Position numbers and translations under genes: made by a program
Part shown: positions 17,097-27,562 of the stretch, piece by piece
Numbering within the stretch: position 1 is the stretch's first letter
How the letters are laid out: every line of letters starts with the position of its first letter
Assembly: GCF_006345805.1 (NCBI RefSeq)
Contig: NC_043010.1
Location: forward strand, 55,986,001 to 56,050,000
Length of the DNA: 64,000 nt
Source of the DNA: Octopus sinensis
Lineage: Eukaryota
Reading direction: 5' to 3'
The notes under the pieces: model-generated
Database searches by the model: none
Told to the model about the DNA's origin: nothing
The model's input: only the letters and a program-made list of their open reading frames with translations

Positions 17097-17653
17097 TTTC
17101 TTCTCTGTCCGGTTTAATTATTCATTTATATTTGTTGTTTACATATTCTTAAATCATGTAGTTCCGCGATAAAACTGTGAAAAAAGGCTTCGGGTTCAAT
17201 TCCCTTTAGGGACGAAAATTATCTTTGATAACATCAACGTATGAATGAAAATAACTAAACAGTGGGTAGTAACTTTCGCCTTCCATGGTAAAAAAATGTT
17301 ATAAATATGAATAGCTTTCAATATATATATATATATAAAATCACTGTCATTTTTGACGGCGCAGACTCACCAGTGATTTAATAAAATAATAATTGTAAAT
17401 ACTTTCAACAACTATTATATAAAGACATTTTTATTGGTTTAACCTCGATAAAATATTCAAACAAAATATATAAAACCTTTCTTCATATTTAATTCTCTTT
17501 GGATTCAATCCCTCAAAGTATTTTCAATAAAAATTTAATTATTCTATCTGTACAAAACTATATCAAATATATGTGAATGCTATGGAGATGTATTTATTAA
17601 ACACCTAGTTCAGCTTATTTCTATTTAAATGCCATCATTTTTGTCACGGGTTT

Positions 17654-17657
<4 letters not shown>

Positions 17658-17717
<60 letters not shown>
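17658..17717. repeat. (GA)n microsatellite
   Basis: Direct reading. Confidence 0.95.
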
Positions 17718-17719
<2 letters not shown>

Positions 17720-19646
17720 AAAGATGTAGACATGTAAGTTGATAAATAGTGGGACAGATCTTTGAAGATGGTGACGGAGGGAAATGTTTAGGATGTCAGC
17801 GTAAATAGAAGTAAAACAGAATCAGGAGTTCAATTCTTGTTCGTGTTGTCGTCATTGTTCTGGGCCATAAAGTATGTATGTGGAACCAATTTCAGCAGCG
17901 AAGTAACAGACAGGATGCTAACCCTTGCTTTAATATGTTTAAATTTGAGCTGTTAAGAGATCTGATGAAAACACGCCATAAATCATGTTTGCACGATCAC
18001 AAAACTCATTTATTACCTTTACAATCCACCTGCTAACTGAAGATCTTCTCTAATTAATACTAATTAATATTAACTAACTGCCACAATTAACCCTTACACC
18101 CTCATTCAACGTCTCATTGCCTGTCTTCAATATTTCATATCACCTCTAGGTTTCTTTTTGTCTGTTTGCTTGTCTGTCTCTGTCTGTCTGTCTGTCCATC
18201 TGTCTGTATGTATATTTATATAATTATGCCTATGCATGCATGTGTATATGTGTCTGTGTGCATGTCTGTATGGTTGTAAATCGATATGCATCTATATATG
18301 CTTGTATTCAGGCCCCTATCTGCCGATCCATCTCTCTGCCTGCCTTACATGTCTCTCGCTTTCCTCCATCTTTCAGCCTGTCACTCTACATATGTCTGTC
18401 TGCCTGTCTCTGAACCCATTAATAATACATTTATCAGTTTAAGACAGACAGACAGACTCACTCACTCACTCACTCTCTCTCTCTCTCTCTCTCCTCTCTC
18501 TCTCACACTCTCTCTCCCCCCCCCCCCGCGACACACATACTCCTCTCTCTCACACACACATACACACGCATTAATACTAACATATTTTTCTCACACACAC
18601 CCCACCTTCCGCTACTCTCAGCCTTTACACAGATACCCGGGGTCAGCTGAACGCTATGTTCCAGTGTATAATTCCATTTTAATGTTTATATATGACTTCT
18701 TGAAAGCAAGATTCCCCTTACGTGAGTCGGGTATTTTAACAATCTTTTGTTAACTTTTCCACCCCATTTATGACAGCACCCGACAAGAATCATCGCTAAA
18801 CAATTACCTCCCCCACCCCCGCTGCAACATTACCACCGATAGAATAAAGGTTACCTTCTTACCCAAATAGGAATGCTTTGGGTGTCATCAAGATCGTCGC
18901 CTATTTCTAATATCCTAACTCACACATCCTTACTTAATGTGAATATAACTTTTTTTCTCCGCCCCCCCTCTCATTATTATATCTCTGTTAGCCTTTTCCA
19001 TTTATCACTTCTCTGTTCCAATCTTTTTTCTCGTCTGTCTGTGTGTCACTAAGCCTTCATTTACCCTATCATTTTCAACTTACCAATCCGATTTCTTACC
19101 GCAAGCTATGCCATATGCGACATCTCATCCAAATACGAACGCATCCGTTAAATACCCGTTAATTATTTCATCTTCTATCACAGGTCAGAAATACAGATAA
19201 GTTTGAGGACTTCTTAATGAAGTACGGGGTGGAGTTTGAGGGAGGGGGGTAACTACTGCTTGATATCGGTTTTGTTAAGTTTTCGAACTCGCTGCTACCA
19301 AGTACCCAGCCCAGCATTTTAACATCCTGTCTGAGAGAACGTGGGTCATGGAATCATTAACCTCGTTCGTTTGTGGAATGGTAACAGTTGGAAGATGTCC
19401 TTTCTTCGAAGACAAACGAGAGAAAAATGTGAATGTAGTTATGAAATTGATATTAAATAAAAGGAAATCGGGGGTGGGGGAGGATTAAGGATTAGGGTTA
19501 GGAAATTAATAAAAGGGAGGAAGAAGGAGGGAAGTAAGGGAGGAGGAGGAAAAGTAGAGATTTAAAAGGTGAGAGAAGTAGAAGTGTGAGATATAAATAG
19601 AAAAACACTATGAATAAATGCTACTTGTATTTTATGTATATGTGTG

Positions 19647-19695
<49 letters not shown>

Positions 19696-19984
19696 TACAT
19701 ATAGATGTTGTGTATGTGTATATATACATATGGATGGTGTGTATGTGTATATATACATATAGATGGTGTGTATGTGTATATATATATATAGATAGATGGT
19801 GTATATGTGTGCGTAACGATACATTAATTATGCTCAACTCTAACGCTCCACGATTTCAGGTTTCAGTCAAGAGAAAAGGTGCCTTACTGTAATAGTCTTC
19901 ACATGTGTAACCAATAACGCCCTCGGTGCTCACAAGGGGGAAATCATATAGAAATGTGTGCGTGCGCGCTTGCTTAGGTCAGTA

Positions 19985-20254
19985 GCTAGGGAGTCTGACC
20001 TGGTAACTTGTAGCACACTTCCGTTAGTTCAAATGCCACTATGGAGTAGCGAGCAGAGACAGACATCCGCTCGTGAAAGATCGAGGATGCGTCAGCTGGA
20101 GGGAGAAAGAGGATTGCAATAGTACTAGGGTGGTACTCCTCTACAGCTGAGTAGAGCGGAGCAACGTGGAATGAAATGCCTTGCTCAAAGACACAACACA
20201 TCCCGTAGCCCTTACAATCGGGAGCCCAACACCCTGACCACTAGGCCAAACAAC

Positions 20255-20257
<3 letters not shown>
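19985..20257 (-). mobile_element. tRNA-derived SINE, B-box apparently deleted
   Basis: Minus-strand head GAAGTTGTTTGGCCTAGTGGTCAGGG (A-box), then a TGTGTCTTTGAGCAAGGCATTTCATTCCACGTTGCTCC core shared with the SINE at 38575-38900. Confidence 0.7.
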
Positions 20258-20306
<49 letters not shown>

Positions 20307-20309
<3 letters not shown>

Positions 20310-21694
20310 ATAAAACGGTAAGATAACAAAAGAAAGAAAGAGACCTCAATATTATGTAAATAGAGGAAATTTATCTATACAATATGTTACATTACTCGGT
20401 AGTCAAGATAAAACTCTGAGTTTCAGATGCCGAAGTGGAAATCCACAACACCATCTCTTCGGTTATCTGGCTATTTGAAAACGTTATGAAAAAATACCGT
20501 TAAAAATGAAGGGAAATTACTCTGTTATAACTCTGCTTTGCCTGCGTACTTATACATCGCTCGCATTTTTCGTCATAAAAATTATATAAAAAATCATAAA
20601 AATATATAAAAATATATAAAAATATATAAAATCTTCTTGGGACATAACACAGAAAGCATGTTCTATCCGTTTTCTTTAGGGGACCAAAAACGTAACAGAA
20701 ATTTAGTCACATGTGGGCATGATCCGAAAAGCTCTGTCCTTGTATTTAGACATGTGGTAGGGTCTAAGCTGCTTTTCCAGATAAGCCATCTCTCCATGTC
20801 GCATAAACCGCACCTTCCGCTGCCGTTAGTATAGGGCTTACATCTGGCCAAAATCTTCCATTGTATGTTATAATCGACACCTTTATCTCTTAAAGACCAA
20901 ATATGATTGGATAATTGTGTCGCTTTTCTTTTGTTCCAGTGCCTAAAGCTCAAAGTGTGGTTATTGAACCTGGCCTTGAAATTACCCTCTGTCAGGCCCA
21001 CGTATTTCTTCGTCGAAACGGTGTCTTTAGTGGTTATAGAGTTTACAGTAGCTTCATATATGATGGTCTTGGACATGCAAGCTCCATTTAGCGGGCACAA
21101 TTCTTTATTCCTGCATGAACAGCTGTTTTCTTCTTGTGTTTTTTGTATGTTATGATTGATTATGTTTTTAAAATTGGTAGTTGAACTAAAACTAATTTTT
21201 AAATTGTGTCTATTGAAGAGTTTCCTATAAGCATGGTTAACTGGAAAATGTCTATCTATCAGTGCTAGGAAATATTTACCTATATTGAAGGCCACCTCGG
21301 GTGAGTAAGGGGGCGTAAACCAGATGACCTTCCTATTTCTATTATTCCTTTTCCTTATTGTTGGGCTGGTGATAGGTGTATATTTTATTTTTTCGCTAAA
21401 ACCACTATCTTTTAAAGCTTTATTATAAACTGGGGCAACGCTATTGAAGATGTCCTCATTAGATGAGAGGCTAGAAATCCTCTTACTAATATTTTTAACT
21501 AAATTTTTGAATACTATAGGGGGATGGCATGAACCTTCCTAAAACGATCTTGTGCTGGTCCATTTGTATTAGCTGTTAAGGCGAGGGCATCATCTTTGTA
21601 GATGGCGAAATGTACGTTAGGGAATGTCTTACTGAAGGTATCTAGGAGAAAGAGTCCAATTAGATCACAGATGCCCGCCCCATCATATGAACCC
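20307..21694 (-). mobile_element. Penelope-like element (Neptune-like), 5'-truncated, left arm of a head-to-head pair
   Basis: The minus strand gives GSYDGAGICDLIGLFLL...IYKDDALAL (PLE RT motif), then a 154-bp deletion relative to the right arm, then ORF 20663-21295, which matches the C-terminal 210 aa of the right-arm ORF. The 3' end runs into (TA)n. Confidence 0.9.
20406..20468 (-). ncRNA. Mirror copy of the hammerhead-like motif in the left PLE arm
   Basis: Reverse complement of 22955-23017. Confidence 0.65.
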
Positions 21695-21759
21695 TAATAT
21701 GAACAGCTAATACAAATGGACCAGCACAAGATCGTTTTAGGAAGGATATTATCCAGTTA

Positions 21760-22770
21760 ATGAAACACTTCGGACTTAGTATAACTATAGACACTAACCT
21801 GACGGTTGTCAATTTCTTAGACGTTTCCTTAGATCTTAATAATAATATTTATAAGCCTTATAGGAAGCCCAATGATAGACTAAGTTATATTAATGTAGGT
21901 TCATGCCATCCCCCTATAGTATTCAAAAATTTAGTTAAAAATATTAGTAAGAGGATTTCTAGCCTCTCATCTAATGAGGACATCTTCAATAGCGTTGCCC
22001 CAGTTTATAATAAAGCTTTAAAAGATAGTGGTTTTAGCGAAAAAATAAAATATACACCTATCACCAGCCCAACAATAAGGAAAAGGAATAATAGAAATAG
22101 GAAGGTCATCTGGTTTACGCCCCCTTACTCACCCGAGGTGGCCTTCAATATAGGTAAATATTTCCTAGCACTGATAGATAGACATTTTCCAGTTAACCAT
22201 GCTTATAGGAAACTCTTCAATAGACACAATTTAAAAATTAGTTTTAGTTCAACTACCAATTTTAAAAACATAATCAATCATAACATACAAAAAACACAAG
22301 AAGAAAACAGCTGTTCATGCAGGAATAAAGAATTGTGCCCGCTAAATGGAGCTTGCATGTCCAAGACCATCATATATGAAGCTACTGTAAACTCTATAAC
22401 CACTAAAGACACCGTTTCGACGAAGAAATACGTGGGCCTGACAGAGGGTAATTTCAAGGCCAGGTTCAATAACCACACTTTGAGCTTTAGGCACTGGAAC
22501 AAAAGAAAAGCGACACAATTATCCAATCATATTTGGTCTTTAAGAGATAAAGGTGTCGATTATAACATACAATGGAAGATTTTGGCCAGATGTAAGCCCT
22601 ATACTAACGGCAGCGGAAGGTGCGGTTTATGCGACATGGAGAGATGGCTTATCTGGAAAAGCAGCTTAGACCCTACCACATGTCTAAATACAAGGACAGA
22701 GCTTTTCGGATCATGCCCACATGTGACTAAATTTCTGTTACGTTTTTGGTCCCCTAAAGAAAACGGATAG
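21760..22770 (+). CDS. Partial PLE polyprotein: RT thumb region + GIY-YIG endonuclease (uninterrupted but 5'-truncated)
   Basis: 336-aa open frame in the ORF track with GIY-YIG motifs; lacks most of the RT. Confidence 0.8.
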   Translation: MKHFGLSITIDTNLTVVNFLDVSLDLNNNIYKPYRKPNDRLSYINVGSCHPPIVFKNLVKNISKRISSLSSNEDIFNSVAPVYNKALKDSGFSEKIKYTPITSPTIRKRNNRNRKVIWFTPPYSPEVAFNIGKYFLALIDRHFPVNHAYRKLFNRHNLKISFSSTTNFKNIINHNIQKTQEENSCSCRNKELCPLNGACMSKTIIYEATVNSITTKDTVSTKKYVGLTEGNFKARFNNHTLSFRHWNKRKATQLSNHIWSLRDKGVDYNIQWKILARCKPYTNGSGRCGLCDMERWLIWKSSLDPTTCLNTRTELFGSCPHVTKFLLRFWSPKENG

Positions 22771-22954
22771 AACATGCTTTCTGTGTTATGTCCCAAGAAG
22801 ATTTTATATATTTTTATATATTTTTATGTATTTTTATATAATTTTTATGACGAAAAATGCGAGCGATGTATAAGTACGCAGGCAAAGCAGAGTTATAACA
22901 GAGTAATTTCCCTTCATTTTTAACGGTATTTTTTCATAACGTTTTCAAATAGCC

Positions 22955-23017
22955 AGATAACCGAAGAGATGGTGTTGTGGATTTCCACTTCGGCATCTGA
23001 AACTCAGAGTTTTATCT
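22955..23017 (+). ncRNA. Type I hammerhead-ribozyme-like motif in the PLE 3' UTR
   Basis: Stem I AGATAA/TTATCT, core CCGAAGA, extended stem II, GAAA, stem III ACTC-A-GAGT, putative GUU cleavage triplet. Folded by eye. Confidence 0.65.
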
Positions 23018-23244
23018 TGACTACCGAGTAATGTAACATATTGTATATATATATATATTTCAATACGGAGCAAATAGAAAAAATAATTCAGGAAAAGAAT
23101 TATTTGCGAAGATACCATTGACTCTGTTACTTGCGTGACAATTTAAAAATAATAACAGTATCAATAATAGAGGCGATTGCAGGCCTCCCAAAAGCATTAA
23201 ATAGCTGAAGGATTAAAATTAATCAAAAGACATACTAGGTATGT

Positions 23245-23476
23245 CTACCTGCTGAAAATAACAGTTAAGCATCTTATTGAAATCGCCAAAATACACTGAT
23301 AATAACTACAGAAATCAATCGGCCGAAGGCAGACGGGCTACGACAGTCTCTCAGTATACATTCAAGTATTTGGACAGATTGTCGTAGCCCGATTGCCTTC
23401 GGGCGATTGATTTCTGTAGTTATTATCAGAGTAGGCGATTTCAATAAGAGTTTTAACTGTTATTTCCAGCATGTAG
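23245..23476. repeat. Fold-back inverted repeat (arms about 100-105 bp, spacer about 26 bp)
   Basis: 23245-23349 pairs with 23376-23476 with a few mismatches and one small indel. Confidence 0.85.
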
Positions 23477-23885
23477 GCGCAGGAGTGGCTGTGTGGTAAG
23501 TAGCTTGCTAACCAACCACATGGTTCCGGGTTCAGTCCCACTGCGTGGCATCTTGGGCAAGTGTCTTCTGCTATAGCCTCGGGCCAACCAAAGCCTTGTG
23601 AGTGGATTTGGTAGACGGAAACTGAAAGAAGCCTGTCGTATATATGTATATATATGTATGTCTGTGTATGTGTCTGTGTGCCTGTGTTTGTCCCTCTAGC
23701 ATTGCTTGACAACCGATGCTGGTGTGTTTACGTCCCCGTCAACTAGCGGTTCGGCAAAAGAGACCGATAGAATAAGTACTGGGCTTACAAAGAATAAATC
23801 CCGGGGTCGATTTGCTGGACTAAAGGCGGTGCTCCAGCATGGCCGCAGTCAAATGACTGAAACAAGTAAAAGAGTAAAAGAGAGA
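23474..23885 (+). mobile_element. Full-length tRNA-derived SINE
   Basis: Head TAGGCGCAGGAGTGGCTGTGTGG (A-box) and GGTTCAGTCC (B-box), internal (TA/TG)n, 3' tail GGCGGTGCTCCAGCATGGCCGCAGTCAAATGACTGAAAC then (GTAAAAGA)n. Homologous to 45813-46190. Confidence 0.88.
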
Positions 23886-24217
23886 GTATGTAGACATACT
23901 CAGTATGTCCTATGATTAATCTTAATCCTTCAGTTATATATATAATTATAACGAGGGATTGGCTATAAGCCTCTCCAAGCGCTAGAAATAGACGCCAAGA
24001 GACGCTAATACCACCTTAAAAACTCCGAAAAATAAGATACGGGCTGTGGTCAAACAAAAGGAAGATAATGACTTCAGCTTTTGGTTAAACGTGTACAAGA
24101 TCCCGTTTCAAGCTTAGGTAGAAAAAATTATACCTACTGCTATCTTCAGCAACGTTACTCCGTAGCATAAATTCACGAGTATCTACACATACGTATACGA
24201 GCAGCGACTTTGTACAG

Positions 24218-24267
<50 letters not shown>

Positions 24268-24270
<3 letters not shown>

Positions 24271-24347
24271 CGTCCAATAATACTATATGTGTTCCACGTC
24301 CTCGCGTTGTTGTGTTTTCTCTTTGTGTTTTCATGTTTGGATTAACT
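24268..24347 (+). mobile_element. Short terminal remnant embedded in (TA)n, same family as 45297-45450
   Basis: Shares AGCGTC..TAATAC...CCACGTCCTCGC...GGATT.ACTATATA with 45365-45450. Confidence 0.6.
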
Positions 24348-24419
24348 ATATATATATATATATATATATACACTCGTAAAAATACAAAGTAGAGTTCCCA
24401 TCTCTCTTTTCAGCCACGT

Positions 24420-25150
24420 GTAGAATATCAAAATAACTGCAGTGAATGCAGCTTTGATCAAGGGGCAAATATACCTGCTAAGTTTTCTTCTTCCGAACAC
24501 TCTTTGTAAATCTGGGTTCCACTATTTTCATTCTTCTCTAAAGCCACTTCTCGAAAACGCTTCGTTGTGGTGTAGCTCTGTAGACGACATGTCTTTGAGG
24601 TCAAACAGGAGATTCAAATGCTGATTCTGGCTACAAAAGCTCCACTTAGAGTTATGAATGTATGTGCAGTCCCTCCTGCTTAGGCTTCCCATTTGCTTGT
24701 CGTAAAATCTTAAGTAATGTTCAAGAAGAGGAATCTTGTTGGTGATGATAGTTCTGATTAATCCAGACAATTTGAAAATTCCTGATTTCTTTCCGACTCA
24801 ATCCCTGGCGTGATTAGTATTATAAATTGCCGGACCATCATCTCTGTATACACCCTAGCTTTGAAGTGGTATGGACTTTTTGAGGATGTTCAAGATAATC
24901 TAAGATGTAACATTAGTCTCGTTGTAACTTCCCGTACAGATGTCGAACAGGGGATCAATGTTCTCTATGCCACAACAATCACTTCTTAGCTGTTGTTTAC
25001 TGCTACCGAAACCGCTAATCATGGTGAAGTGCCTTCAGCCGGAGGAATCTAGAAATGGACGATGGAAACGCCATGATATTAAACAAGATGCAACTGAAGA
25101 CTCCTTCATTCTGAATTAATAAAGGCGGCGCTGCAGTTCCACTGGACAAA
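24420..25150 (-). pseudogene. Old, heavily decayed Penelope-like RT fragment
   Basis: Minus-strand remnants LFDICTGSYN, VYRDDG, FKLSGLIRTIITN and SSTELHHNEAFSRSGF align in order with GSYDG, YKDD, KHFGLSITIDTN and SSNEDIF...KDSGF of the young PLE. Confidence 0.6.
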
Positions 25151-25379
25151 TCTAGTCACACTTCTGATATACATATTTATGGCATCAAGGGTAATCTGAC
25201 TTTTTATGCCTAAAATACTTTTGAAGCTTAATTAGCTTTCAGGGCTGGAAAGAAAATTAGATTTGTGTCGTTAAAGGTCACAGCCATGTGGTCGACATGA
25301 TCTTACGGGGCAGCTCGCTATTCTGCCTCTTTTTGTCAGTGTAGGTTCCGATGTTAGTTTTTCTGTTCGTATTATTGTT

Positions 25380-25525
25380 ATAGAAGAGACTGCTATGTGA
25401 GGATTCCACGAAGTTTCCATCTAAAGCTTCAGCAGCATATACTTGCGCAAGAGGCATGTGTTGGAATCGAACTGAAAACACTTGGTGACAAAGCGAACTT
25501 CTTAACCACATGGTCACACCGCCGC
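25380..25525 (-). mobile_element. Decayed tRNA-derived SINE head
   Basis: Minus strand GGCGGTGTGACCATGTGGTTAAG (A-box-like) ... GTTCGATTCC (B-box). Confidence 0.55.
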
Positions 25526-26653
25526 AAGTAAGACAACAACAAAAAGAAACCTTTCAGTCTCGCATCACAATACTGTAGTTGACTCGTGGACGAAAAAGAA
25601 AACTGACTTTTTATGAAGAAACTTAAATAACCGAACGGAACAAATCTCTGTAAAACATCTTGGGGGAAAAATTAATGAAAAGTTTCTTTGTCAATAAAAA
25701 ACCAAAAAACTACATAGAATTTATTGCAGTGAAATTTCAGTATTCAATATAAATGTGGACTTGTTGTCACAGCTGGTGTAGTTAAGTTTCTGCTCTCACT
25801 AGAGTTTCATAAAGTTTATCTTTAAGGTTTGTTTCCTAGACGTTAGATACTGTTTAAAGAGAATCGGCATGTTGACCAAAACGATAAGAGGTGGGAATAG
25901 CAAAAGTTTTTACTCTTTCACCAGCAGAGCACCGAATCTTTGGTAAATACACTTTACATTTAATATTCCAGAAAAGTTAGTTTGCTGTAAATAGACACCA
26001 TGGGCGGACTAATCTGTCTGCTGAAAGTAACAGCCAACTCACAATAACTAGCGATGTTTTTGTTAGAATGAAATGTTGGACATATATATACCGTGCTTAT
26101 ACTGTGTGATAGACCACATTTCTATTCTGGGAAAAGTTCTCTCTCCAAATATTTAATGCCTTCACAATTAGGATAAATTCCAGTTTATCACTTCACCTTA
26201 ATGGCGGCAGTTTGCAGAGAGCAACGAAACAAATCTTTGGTTCAAAGTGTCATCATCTCATTAACAGCAGCCAAGCGTAAGTGATAAAGTACATGTGCGT
26301 TAGCAGAAGGTGGCAGGTTCAATCCCAGCTGAAAGCATTGGTTAAGCAGAGTGTTTTTAGCAGATGACAGTAGATTCGTTGCTGGTAAATACTAACAGAG
26401 TCTCCCTGGAGAAACCTACCCGCTCTGCACCCTGAAACAACTGTCAAACTGAAAAGTAATTTATCAAAGAGGCAGTGTCGGGGTGGTGGTGTGCGAGGGT
26501 GGGGGGCAGGCGGAGAAAGGATTTTGGACAGGAAAAAAAATCGATAACGATGTATAAAAAGCGATAAAAACAATGAAATAACAAAAAAAAAAACAACGAA
26601 ATAAAATGTGAAATATTTTAATTACAAAACGAAATAGAAAGTTGTAACACAAG

Positions 26654-26691
<38 letters not shown>

Positions 26692-26913
26692 GACAGAGGA
26701 ACATAAGTAAATTTGTGTAGCTATACATGTCGTGTGTGTGTGTGTGTGTGAACATGAATACACTTATATTTACATGTTTCTTTACATGCAAATGTATAGT
26801 AATAATACACACCTATACGCATACACACATACACACACACACACACACATCTGTATATGTACTTATATATCTATACATACACGCATATATACACACAAAT
26901 ATATAGATACACA

Positions 26914-26948
<35 letters not shown>

Positions 26949-27522
26949 GCATACACACACAGATATCTAACAACAACAACCTTTTCCAATAACAATAAAT
27001 ACATTTAGAGAAGAACTGTAAATAAAATTTTAAAAAATAACATTGATTGTAGATAAGCAAAGATAGGAGGGGTGTGGTGTGATGGTGGGTGGTGGTGGAG
27101 ATGTCTCTCCTCTCTGGAAGGTTCTTTCTGTAAGCAAAGGTTTTATTATGTCTATGATGTCCCATATTTTCGTTGTCAGTCTAAACATGGTTGATGAGGG
27201 CGCTACTGTGGTGGTGGTGGTGGCAGTAATGTAGAATGGTGGTCGCTTTGTGTAGAATGTGTACACAGTGTGTATATGTATGTGTGTGGCTGGGCGAGGT
27301 GCTGTGTACACTGTGTATATATATATATACATTATGACTGAGGACAAATGTGTGTATGCCGTATCAGTGTGATGTGTGTGCTCAAGTGAAAGCCTAACAA
27401 AAGTGTGTGTGTGAGTGTGTGTGTGTGCACCTCACCCCACACCCCAAAATGTAAGGGGATAAAGAGAGAGACGGGCAAACAAGCTGGCAGACTGTTATAT
27501 ATATATACCGTTATATATACCG

Positions 27523-27562
<40 letters not shown>

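Larger units (their letters stand above)
21702..23046 (+). mobile_element. Penelope-like element (Neptune-like), 5'-truncated, right arm of a head-to-head pair
   Basis: RT C-terminus (ITIDTNLTVVNFLDV, YRKPND), Cys-rich linker CSCRNKELCPLNGAC, C-terminal GIY-YIG (IIYEA...KYVGLT...KARFNNH), then a 3' UTR ending in (TA)n. The Neptune-like call is from recalled domain order and linker. Confidence 0.92.

Noticed and set aside
19096-19420. Possible minus-strand host exon (GGTAAG donor at about 19101, pyrimidine tract at about 19420)
   Set aside because: All frames contain stops and there is no recognisable protein similarity; such splice-like motifs occur by chance.
21760-22770. Possible selenoprotein-encoding Naiad-type PLE
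   Set aside because: Naiads have an N-terminal GIY-YIG. Here it is C-terminal and the visible frame has no in-frame TGA.
20307-23046. Palindrome as a fold-back sequencing chimera
   Set aside because: Considered unlikely: the arms differ by a 154-bp deletion, have unequal inner and outer ends, and the flanks beyond are not mirrored. Not fully excluded without reads.
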